Source of the DNA: Anthoceros angustus | Lineage: Eukaryota > Plantae > Anthocerotophyta | Direction: 5' to 3' | NCBI GenBank assembly: GCA_010909165.1 | Contig: VJWM01000313.1 | Location: forward strand, 19,343-83,342 | Length of the DNA: 64,000 nucleotides | Shown here: positions 21,937-33,099 of the stretch, piece by piece | Numbering within the stretch: position 1 is the stretch's first letter | Layout of the letters: each line of letters opens with the position of its first letter | Notes under the pieces: generated by a model | The model's input: the letters and a program-made list of their open reading frames with translations, nothing else | Told to the model about the DNA's origin: nothing | Databases searched by the model: none | Position numbers and translations under genes: made by a program

Positions 21937-24900
21937 TGTAAGGTATTAAAGCCCAAGACTAATACACTTAGTCTAAGTTAGGTGTCGATTAAGTATCATT
22001 AGTTTAGCTTAAGCTAATCACTAGGAAGCTTCTTGTGCTCCTTCCTAGGAGCTTCTTGTGGAGCTTCTAGGAGCTATTGGAGGTATAAATACCTCCAAGC
22101 CTCATCTCAATGTGAGAGCTACTCTTGCCTCCTCCTCTCCTCTCCTCTTTCCACCATGGCGCCACCATCCTTCAACCGGTATCGAGCCATGGTTTGGTTG
22201 TGTTGTGATGCTAGAATTTTCTAGTGCAGGCGGTGACTCGTGGAATTGCGTGATCCAGATCGCGGTGGGTGACGCGCGGCGAGCGTGGCGGGCGGGCCGT
22301 GGCGCGACGCGAGCGAGCGGCAGGCGCGTGGCCGTCGGGCCTTGGCGCGAGCGCGCGCAGCCGGCCGCGGGGCGGCGCGCGGGCGCGGCGCGGCGGAGCG
22401 CGGGCGCGGCGCGGCTGGCAGCGGGGCGTGCGGGCGCGGCGCCCGCGCCGCCAGAGGCCGCAGCCCAGGCGCGGCGCCCGCGCGCGCCCGCGAGCCCTGA
22501 GCCCGCGCCCGCGCGCTGGCGCGCGGCGCCGGCCCAGCGGCCGAGGCGCCGGCCGCGGGCGCGGCCGAGCGCCCCGCAGGGCCCATGGCCGGCGCCGGCC
22601 AGCGGCTGAGCCCGCGGCGCCGCCCGCAGCGCGGCGCGCAGCCGCGGCGCTGCAGGCGCGGCGCTGGCCACCCGCGCAAGCGGGCGGCCAGCGCGCGCCG
22701 GCCGCGAGGTGCGCGTGGCGGTGGTGGCCGCGGCGGGCCGTCGGCGGCGCGGTGGCGCGCGGCGTGCGCGGCGGTGGCGTGCAGCAGCGGGCGCGAGGCA
22801 GTGCAGCGCGGGGCGGTGAGCGGTGTCGAAAATTTATTCGGCGGAATACTCAGGTGGAATAGTCAACGGCAAAATACACGGACCGCACGGTGACTGTTTT
22901 CTTCTTTGACTTTTCTGACAAGGCGAGTCGAGTGTTTTATCTGTATCGATTTTTGAGTCATGATGTCTTCATCATCAGAAAACGTCATGTTCAATATCGA
23001 GAAGTTAGATGGTACTAACTTCCCGTTCTGGAAAGAACAAGTGTATAATGTTCTAGTGCAGAAAAAGCAGATCAAGCCCATAAAGTTGTTAGGCGTCAAA
23101 CCAGATAGTATGACACAGGATGAGTGGCAGGACCTGGATGAGCTTGCTAGATCTACTATCATGCTAACATGGTTAAAAACGGTGTAGTTCAATGTGAAAG
23201 ATAAGACCACAAGTTACGGTGTGGCGGTATGTGACTGTGAGAAGCAAAGTGCGGCTTCTCGGTGTATTGGTTGAAACAGCTGGTGGACTTGAAGATGAAG
23301 GAAGGGACGAGGATGTCCGATCATCGAATGATTTCAATACCATTTTCAGCCACTCTCATCTCAAGGTATCACGTTCCCGTTAGTGAGAGCTATGTTTATT
23401 GGTCACATTACGGGAGTTGGGACACCTTCGTAAACTCGAGTAATTACACTTTGCTAGTGGTCTTACCATTGTAAATGTAGAAGGTAGCACGTGGCGAGGA
23501 GGTGAGCATGGAACATGGTTCCGGTGCCCTCATAGGAGGGAGGTCCAGCGGACAGCTTTCTCTGCAAATCTAGTCGTAACAAGAATGTGGAGTGTCACTA
23601 TTGTCACAAAGGGTCACTTCAAAGAGAGTGCGAGAAGTTCAAAAGGACCAAGGAAAAGAGAAGCGGGGACAAGGCGACTTAAATGCATCGAGTTGGAAGA
23701 GTTAAACTACGTTGAGGACGGAGATGTCCTTATCTCTTCTTACTTGAATCTTTGCACAATTAACGGCCGTGGATAGTCATTTATTACGCAATTGGATAAT
23801 TGACTCGGTGCATCTTTCCATGTTACTCCGCGAGAGTGGTTTAACACGTATGATGCTACAAGGAAAGGATGCGTTAGGCTTGGAAATAACTATGCATGCG
23901 GATCGCGTGGGTGATGTGCAACTCAAGTTTGACAACGGATCTTCATTCATCTGAAGGGCGTTAGGCATGTTCGAAGTTGACAAGAGCATGATTAGCGCGG
24001 GGCGGTTGGATGATCTTTGGTTACCACCTTGGTTTGGGGATCACTCTTGGAAGATCTCCAAAGGTTCTCTTGTGTTAGCTCGTGGATCGAAGTGTGGCAC
24101 TTTGTACTCACTTGAGTAAACATCAAAGATCATGTGATCGTGAGCAAATGTTTCCTTGTGGCATTGCGGTTAGGACATATGTCTCGAGAAGGGAATGAAG
24201 GTTTTATCTCGTTACGGTTATATCCTGTTAACTTCTCGATCTCTCGATGTGTGAGCACTGTTTATATGGGAAGCAGACAAAATCATCACATCGAACAAAG
24301 GTAAAAGTAGGGTAAACCTCTTGAGTTGGTTCACGTGATGTATGTGGACCTATGCTCACAGCATCATTAGGCGGTGCCTCTTATTTTGTCACTTTCATAG
24401 ATGATTTCTCACGCAAGGTGTGGGTTTATCCTTTGAGGAAAAAGGATGAAGTTCGGCGGTGTTTGAAATTTGTCACCCTTGTAGAGAATCGGTCGCCACC
24501 GATTGAAGTGTCTAAGGGGAGATAATGGTGGAGTATGTTTGAAAGCTTTCCGGTCATTCGTGATTCCAAGGAATCGAGAATTATGCGTATCTCCTCCACA
24601 AAATGGTGTGGTGGCGGATGAAACCCATTCGGAGAGGATGCGTAGTTTGTTGTCAAACTCGGATTGCCTAATGGGTTTTGGGCGACGGTGTCTCTGCAGT
24701 TCATCTTATTAACATCTCCTAATAAAATTTGATGAGTTCGAGCTATGGAAAGAAACCATCCTACAAGCATCTGCGAGTGTTTGGGTACATGAGGCATCAT
24801 GTTCCAAAAGAGTTTCGGGACAAGTTGGCACCTAAGTCCAAGAAATGTATTTTTCTTGGCTATGGTGATTCGGTGAGATGGGATACGTTTGTGGGATCCG

Positions 24901-26873
24901 AGGCTAGAAAGGTTGTTATTTCGACGTGTTCTTCAATGAGAACAAGATGCAAGCCTACTCCAAGCGTGGAGGTGCGAAGGGTGATCTTCCAAGAAGATGG
25001 ACATGATCATCATGGCGGTTGATAGCATGGTAATGTGTGAGCACATTCCTCCGATAGATGAACCAAGAGTCGAACAAGCACCTATAGGTGCATGCTTCGT
25101 GGGTCGAGATTACACGACCTCACGGGTATGATCCATCTCGGATTATGTTATCGGATTGTGGGGAACCCTCTTCTTACAAAGAGGCTCATGTCGGTAACAA
25201 AGAGAAGTGGGAGAAGGCCATCGAAATGAATTGCATAAGAACCAAACTTGGGAGTTGGTTGTTGCCTAAGGATAAGAAGGCACTACCTGCAAATGGGTGT
25301 ACAAGATGAAGGTCATACCGATGGCAAACCAAAGTACAAGTTGGTTGCTAAGGGTTTCAAGCAACAACCGCATTGACTTTGATGAGATTTTCTCACCGTA
25401 GTCAAAATGACAACTTTGCGATGTGTTCTTGCTTTGGTTGCGAGGATGATATGGAACTTATGCGGATGGATGTCAAGGGCATTCTTGCATGGTGACCTTC
25501 AAGAGGACGTCTACATGCAACGAAGGTTTTGTTGAGAAGGGCAAAGAATCGGTGTGCGAGTTGAGGAAGAGCCTTTATGGTTTGAAGCAGGCGAGTGGTA
25601 TCACAAGTTCCACTCATTTATGCTTTCTCAAGGCTACAAGCGTAGCGATGAGGATCATTGCCTCTATCTGAAGCAAGCTAAGGATCAAAGCTTGCTCATT
25701 TTGATCCTCTATGTGGATGATATGCTAATTCGCGATCTTGATGATTTGTTGAAGTCAAAGTTGAATGCTCACTTTGAAATAAGACTTGGGAGGCGAGCCA
25801 TATACTTGGCATGCGTATTCGGAGCAGACATAAGCGTCACTTTATTTGTCTCGACGGAATACGTGCTTCAACGTTTCAACATGGAGAAGGGAAGCCATTG
25901 GGTACTCCATTGCCTCCATATGTGAAACTTTCAAGCGCGGATTGCCCAAGCTACGAGGAGGACAAAGTGAAATGGAGAAGGTCCCATACTCATCGGTGTA
26001 GGGAGTTTGATGTATGCAATGATTGCTACGTCCGACATTGCCTTTGCGGTGGGAGTGGTTAGCGGTTTATGTCAAACGGCAAGAAGCATTGGGAGGCGAT
26101 AAAAGGAGTTATGAGGTATCGAATGGTACAAAAGCTTTGTGCATATGTTTTGGTAGTGAAGATGCATGTGGTTGGGTACGAGATCGATTATCACGGATAT
26201 GGACAAAGGTCCACATCAGTTATGTCTTCATTGCTTGGAGGCGATCTCATGGCGATCTCGTTTGCGATCGTGCATTCGCTATCTACCAGGCCGAGTATGT
26301 TGCAAGCGAGGCTTGCAAGGAAGCCATATGGCTTTCGTTTAGTGGAGACTTGGGGATCAAGGTTGGGTGTTGCATTGTGATAGCAGTGCTATCAATTGGC
26401 AAAGAATCCGATGTTTCATGCGAAGACTAAACATGTGGATGTGAAGTATCACTTCATTCGAGAGGTGTTGGATGACGAGGGTACAACTTGTCAAGGTTCA
26501 CACCGGCGAACCTGCGATATTCTTACCAAGGGACTCTCTACGACAATTTGCACAAGCTCGGACGATGGGCATGAGATAGTCCATTCTCCTGAAGGTAAAT
26601 TGGCCTTTAAGTGGGAGGTTGTAAGGGTATTAAAGCCCAATGTACTTAGACTAATACACTTAGTCTAAGTTAGGTGTCGATTAAGTATCATTAGTTTAGC
26701 TTAAGCTAATCACTAGGAAGCTTCTTGTGCTCCTTCCTAGCTTCTTGTGGAGCTTCCTAGGGAGCCTATTGGAGGTATAAATACCCTCCAAGCCTCATCT
26801 CAATGTGAGAGCTACTCTTGCCTCCTCCTCTCCTCTCCTCTTTCCCACCATGGCTGCCCACGATCCTGCTTCA
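21937..26873 (+). mobile_element. Full-length Ty1/Copia retrotransposon (Tnt1/Tork-like), 4.9 kb, frameshifted as assembled
   Basis: LTRs at 21937-22174 and 26620-about 26873. PBS CGGTATCGAGCC (iMet-like) at 22177-22188; PPT AAGTGGGAG at 26609-26617. Protein motifs: gag KLDGTNFPFWKEQ; integrase YFVTFIDDFSRKVWVY; RT KKSLYGLKQA and LYVDDMLI; RNH AKNPMFHAKTKHVDVKYHFIRE. Left TSD GTGCT at 21932-21936, right copy partly visible as TGCT; the empty site is at about 39768-39785. Confidence 0.93.
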
Positions 26874-27379
26874 CAAGCACTCGGCCAATTCTCCTAGGGT
26901 GGTCCCTTTGGCTTGCTGAAATTTGCTCCTTGACTCTGCGGGCCATCAGCTGGATCCCTCACGTCGCTCCATCGCCCTTCCTCCAAGGCGGGTAGTGGTG
27001 CCTGGCCCCCGGGCCTTCTTTTGTTCTCCTTTCCTTCTCTCCTACCGTGAGAACCTGGCGTGGGTGCCCCTGCGGTGAGCTGCTCCCCTGGGTAGGTGCC
27101 TACCACCTAGTGGTGGCTGTTGCGGCGCGCTCTTCAGCTATTCTCCTTCCCTTCTCTCACCAGGTGCACCTTTCTGGGTGTTAACGCCTACCCGTGAGTG
27201 AGCGCTCCCCTGGCGGTGGCCTACCTACCGTGGTATGCTACTACCACGATAGCCCACCCTCTTGGGTGGTGCCTCCCTAGGGTGGTGTGCCTCACTAGGC
27301 ACAAGCGAGATGGTGGGGACTCCCCACCCGGGTATCCCCTCCTGTGGTAGTTCTCCTCTCATAGACTACCATTTGGGAT

Positions 27380-28150
27380 TATCTCAAGAGGATGTGCATC
27401 TCCTTCCAACTCCTTGCTTGTGAGAAGCCCTTGGTTTCCACAAATGCACCAAATAGGTGCTAAGGTAGCAGGCCTTGGCCTTCCTCATCCACAATTTGGC
27501 TTGAGGAGCTTCTCCGGTGGTGGATGTAGGCCTCATACATGATGGTCCCCAATCGGCTTGGCTCCTCGAAATCTTCCACAAAATTGGAGGAAGTTGGTCT
27601 TTGAAATAAGGGCGTTGGTTACCAACCCCAACACAATCTTTGAAGAGCCTCCACTTGACTCCTTGATGCTCTCTTTTCCAGCCATTCTTGGCGTGGGCCT
27701 TCACTCCTCCATCCATCATGTCGAGGAACTCCTGCGGAATGTCGGAGGGCGTCCTCTTCCTCCATTCGACCTTTCGAGGAGCAATTCGAGCTCTCCTCCG
27801 GTCTCCCCACAGCCGAATGCTCCTTACGGTCCGGCGAGGATCCGTTCGAGCATTCCTTCGGTCGCGGGGTGCCGATTGATGGAGGTTGATGTAACACTCC
27901 TCAATCAATTCCAAATTGGTGTAGGCCCATTGGCGGCCATACACCCATCCCAGTGGATGTTCTCCTCCTCTCGCCTTGCGAAAATCACTAAATCCACAGG
28001 GTTGGGCTGAGCAAAGCAAGTGAATTGGGCATCAAGCTCACCTCCTCGTGGCCCCTCTCTTCTTTCCTTTCCTTCTCGCGAGGAGAGCCTTTGCCAGCGG
28101 CTCCTTCCCTTGCCTTTTCCTCCTCGAGGCATGGCGCGTCTTCCTTTCAA
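27380..28150 (-). pseudogene. Extra ORF of Gypsy B, copy in the 3' LTR region; resembles Athila-type accessory/plant-transposon ORFs
   Basis: MPRGGKGKG...LGWVYGRQWAYTNLELIEECYINLHQS...EFLDMMDGGVKAHAKNGWK...QADWG...CYLSTYLVHLW. The LELIEECYINL segment recalls the ELVREFYANL motif of Athila accessory proteins. Confidence 0.55.
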
Positions 28151-28899
28151 GTGCAAGGAGAATTACTTCCCAATGCAAATTGGTGCTCCAAACTTCTCTT
28201 CAAACACTTCTCCTTGGGTAGCAACCACACTTCACACTGCACGTTGCTCCAGTCTTTCTGCGGTTGCCTCCTCCCGTTGTCCTTCTTCGGGCGGGCGCCG
28301 CGCCGATTTTCCGCTCTTCACGCCTTCAATTCTATGACCCACTTACCGTGCTTTGCTTCGGCGCTTCCACACTTTCCTCTCCGATTGGCGTGGCGGCTTC
28401 TCCCACTGCTCGCGGCACTCCGCGTTTTCCTTCCACGGTCGCTCCGCCTCGCGGTTGTTGGTCTCCTTCGATGGGCGCGCGCCCCGCGCCACCCGGCTTG
28501 CTCGTGGCGATGGCGGCCTCTCTTCTCGCGATGGCGGTCTTCCTTCCTTTTGTTCGTTTCGCGGCTCGCTCTTGTTCTTGAAGTGGAAGCGCGCCCAAAG
28601 CGCACTTTGCCCTCCTTGGATGTACGGCGGCTGCACCCTAGATTGGGTTCATCATTCCAAAATCCTAATTCTATCTAAACTACCTATTTTCCTATCACGC
28701 TATCCTAATTAACTTTCTAATTACTCTATATATTTATTCCCTATTGGTGAGCATATATAGTGGATATCCCCTCTATTCTAAATTTCCTTTTGGCGAGATT
28801 TGTCGACCTACCGCGGTAGTCGCGGCTTACTGATTGCTCCCCCTCACCTAGGCGTGGTGTGGCGACCTACGGTGTACCGACCTACCAACCTTCGGTTGC

Positions 28900-30300
28900 C
28901 CTCACCTCGCAAATTCGTTTGACCCGTTCTTCTTCTGGGATATCCTCTTTCTTCCTAACAATATCCTACAACTCTAGCTTCAAGATTCTCGAAATTTTGG
29001 CATGCTCCTCTTCAATCGTTCTAGCCAAAAAATCAAACTTGTTGTCTTGGCTCTTTTGGGCTGGTTGCCCAAACTTTTCGTTCCACATACTCCCCACCTC
29101 ACTGTTTGCGTCCTAACAACAGGCCTCAGTTGAAGGTACTTCTTGACCTTCCACCCATTCTCGGTAATTCGCCACTGCGAGTTGCAGATCCATTCTGTAT
29201 CTGCGACCACCTAGGTCCCATCCATCTTAGCCTAAGCTTCCTGGAAAGTCTAGGTAACTATCATATAGAAGAACCAAATCCCGTCCACGATAGTCTCTTG
29301 CTTCCTCAACCTCCCATCATGCATCTTTTACGAGTTCACGAATCCATGGGTTTCTTCTAAAGCATCCTCCCTCGTTCCTCTGCTCTATGAAGCGATTCTA
29401 GTCTAGCTACAGCTATCCTCTGTCATCGTTCATCCTCCATGATCCTGTAGGTAGGTACTTCAAATTCCACGGGCATCACGGAGACATGCCATATGTTAGA
29501 TAATAAGGGTCTTCTTGGTGGTTACCTTCTCCATGTCTGTAGGCCACGTCTTGAATGCAACTTAGCATCCCAATCATACATGTGTCGATTACCTTGGTGA
29601 GGATTGTGCAGCAACCCATTCGTCTTCTCCGTCAATCCATTCGCTTTGGGGTTGTAGTCGTCTTCGATGCGAATGTTGAAGTAGGTGGTTAGGGACTCAA
29701 CGAGTTGAGGAAATGTGTCCCCGTCGTGACCAACTCTAAAGGACATCCGTACCTCGTTATGATGTTCTCGAATAAAAACTTGCTCGGTGCGTCGTCCTTC
29801 CTCTTGCTTGCTTCCACCATCTTGTACAATAATCCGTAGCCACCAAAATGTCGCTTCCTTGTCCATTGCGTTGGTGGTTTGATTCCTCTGATCGATTCCC
29901 CACTTCTCGAGCGGTGCTAACGGTAAGATGTAGGTAAGAGGCCATTGTGTGACAACGCGCCCAACCCTCGACGCATCACACCTCGGTGAACTCCCACATC
30001 CTTTTGCATCGTAGCCACCATTTCAAAATCTTCTTAGGTCACTGTGCGAATAGTGTCACCTGCCTCTTACGCATGTAATGCCTGTGGAGTGCCTTCTTCA
30101 ACCTCGAGGCATCGGATCTTTATCGTCGGGCCCTTGTTTATGCAGACATGCCTTCAGCGGTAGGGGCGGCTTTATGGAGAAAGACAGCCGCCTTCCCTGG
30201 ACAACCATCGGCATGATTCCATGCTCCGAGGCGTACTTCACCATTCAGATATCGGGCATGAACGCCCCTCGCGTTCTAATCTCCTCCTCCCGGGCACGTC
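28900..30300 (-). pseudogene. Gypsy B integrase (no chromodomain seen)
   Basis: ILVATDYCTRW; YNPKANGLTEKTNG; DWDAKLHS; C-terminal VLLYDS...LRLRWMGP...NGWKVKKY. Confidence 0.8.
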
Positions 30301-30849
30301 TCCTCACCTCCGTCCGTTAGTAGCTCCGGATGGCGTGGATCCATCTCCCATCGCCTCTTGCTTCCATGCACATTCCTCGCTGCGGCCCGTTTCTCCTCCT
30401 AACAGCTGATTTCTTCCATTCTGCTGGTCTAGCCTCGTCTAGGTCCAGCTCGTGCTTCCATGGCGACCTCTTCCTTTTGCCTCCATGGTCCTCTTGGAGT
30501 GATTTCCCTGAATCATACCTCCTTCTCTGCAATTTTCAAACTTGTCATGGGATGCATCTCCTTCCTCGCCCTCTGGCGCACCACCTCCTAGGGCCTTCTC
30601 CTCCTCGCGGCCCATGGCGCTGCGCCAAGTGGGGCCTTCCGTCGCTCAGCGGTGCTCTCATGTCTTGCCTCCTTGCCAACGTGGCCTCCACTTGCAGCCC
30701 TCCGCTCACCCTTGATTCAGCCTCCTCCTTGCGCCCATGCTGGCGCCATCCTATCTCGGTTCCAGTTCTGCTGCGGCTTTTCTCACAACGCTCCCTTCTT
30801 GCTCATTTGGCCTCTGCGGCAACAAGACTTGCTGATTCTTAGGCCGTCT

Positions 30850-32100
30850 ACAACATGCTCGTCCTCCCCTTGACCCGGGTGGCGACCAACTCCTCGTCGA
30901 AATCGATCATCGTGGCCTCAAGTCGCTCTCCGGTTTTGAGAAATCAATTCGATGTTGCTTCCACCTAGTCTACGTCGTAGTCAAACTCTTGCAGCGGTAG
31001 TACCCATCGGCAATCCTTCACGACAAATCGGCTTGTTGACAAGATACTTCACGCAAAATGGTCAACATGAAGCGTCACCTTGCAAGCAAGCGATAGTGTC
31101 TAAACTTCTTACGAGTAAATGATACCAAGACCTCTCCGCTCCGTGGTTGAGTAGTTCTTTTCGGTCGTGACATCTACATAGAAAATCGGATGATCCGTTT
31201 CTTCTCGTCCTTAAAGCGGTCCCAATGGCATAGCGGACACATCCGTATACATGAAGCTCCGGTCTGGCGGTAAAGTTGGTGCGCTCAAGCTGTCCTTCTG
31301 AAAAGCCTCTGTCTTGCATTGGTCCATTCGAAGGTGTATCCTTCTTGGTCAATTGTGTCAACAAGGCTGCCTTCTTGGCGAAATCCTTGATGAACCTCTG
31401 TAATATCCTACCCACACAAAAGCCTTTTGCCTCACCGTTTGTGGTGCGTCCATCTCATATGCTACCTTCTCCTTATCTACCAATCCTCGTCTGACTCGAT
31501 GTGCTAACAAAATGCCCTCCGTCATGCCAAAATAACACTTCCCGGATGAAGTTTCATGTTCGACTCTGCATTTGAAACATTGCCTCAAATGGTCTAGATG
31601 CGTTCTCCTCCAAACACGAAATCATCGGAATACCTCCATGAACTTCCTCGGAAAATCTCGGAATATCGCGTTCACCACTGGAAAGTGGCGGGGCATTACA
31701 CAACCGAAGGGCTTGAATAGCGTAAGTTCCCCAATCCGTTGTGAGCGTTGTCTTGTCGATCCTCCTCCTTGCAGTTGATTGTACCGATATCCGAAACACA
31801 TCTCCAGCTCATGTCCACACCTGTCCATGAAAGGTAAAGGTGATGATCCTTCTTCGTTGCTTCATTGAGCTTCACGAAATCTTGACACGAACCTTTCCTG
31901 CTTCTTTGGTACAATCACGATGTGCGACCCACTCGTGAGCGGATAAATCACCCGCCTCCAAATATTGGTCGGTGATCCTTAACAACCATGGAATACTTGG
32001 GATTCGATGTATTGCTTGATCCTCATGTCTTGCCCTCCTTCAATCGATTCGATGTATCCCAGTTCTTCCGGTATTCCTGTCATGTCGGTAATCTTGAAGG
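30850..32100 (-). pseudogene. Gypsy B reverse transcriptase and RNase H
   Basis: KTTLTTDWGTYA; FIKDFAKKAALLTQLTKKD. Colinear with copies A and C. Confidence 0.85.
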
Positions 32101-33099
32101 CAAACACATCGACATACTCTAAAGCACTCTGAAACTCTTCTTTCTATCTCCTAGGTACTAGAAAATCTTGACTACCTTGCTAGGTTCTAACTCTAGGTCT
32201 TCTCGCATGGGATCTACATATGTTCCTTGGGCTGCTACCTATCATTCGGATCCCTCTTAAAAATCTCGATCATAAGCTTACCCTTCCAAAAGGCTACTCC
32301 TTCTATGCCTCATCTTGACTCTTCTATGACTTCTCTATGTAAGCAGGTACACCAAATCACTCTTTATTTGACCTCGGTGACCCGATGCTCGATCCTTTGC
32401 AGGAGCTTACCCGTGCTACAGGGTGTACCCATCGGTGGGTTGCGGACTCCCCTCATAAGGAGCCTTGCTCCATGACACAAAGCGATCGCCGCGGTCCGTT
32501 CTGGACTTGAAGGTGATGCCACTCGACCAAAATCAAAAACACACGCGTACCATACAACCAAGGCCTACCTATCAAAACCTTATAGCCTAAATCCGAACCG
32601 CATCACAATGTAGGTAAGATGGAAGGTGAGTCCCCAATCGTGGGTACATTCTTCACCCCCAGTGGCTTTCTCCTTATGCCATCCGTAAAAATACTCGGGC
32701 GGGTGAAACTCGGTGAACCCAAGTTGATGAGTCTCCTCCGTCATCAAGTTGACTCCGATCCGAATCTAATGGCACGTCGGGCACCAAACACCGCAATTTC
32801 AACCTCAATCTCGGGTGCCCCAAATCAATGAGTTCGACCACATTTACTCCAGGCCGTTTCTCCCTCCCCACTTGCTTGATTCCGATCGCCTCCTTCACAA
32901 TTTTGCGGGATCTCGGACTCACAGCAGCAAGTGACCACAAATTCGCGGTCAAGTAATGCGTCGTGGCGATTTATCGACAAGGTTTCCTCCCGCTTGCAGC
33001 CACAGCTGGTCGATTCCGACCTTATTGGTAAAGTTCCCATGATCCCCTTGGGACCCCTACCGGCGGATCAACACGGCTCTCCGCCCGCTTTTGTCGGGT

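Larger units (their letters stand above)
19233..28835 (-). repeat. Putative 3' long LTR of Gypsy B (about 4.7 kb after removing the nested Copia)
   Basis: Right boundary inferred from the purine tract AGGTGAGGGGGAG (- strand, about 28838-28850) just downstream of integrase. Shared landmarks ATTTTGGAAT and CTAGGGTGC lie about 200 bp inside the solo LTR at 11261. The 5' TG was not seen. Confidence 0.5.

Noticed and set aside
22058-22893. Several overlapping Ala/Arg/Gly/Pro-rich ORFs on both strands
   Set aside because: By-product of extreme GC content (few stop codons) in a retroelement leader; no protein motifs.
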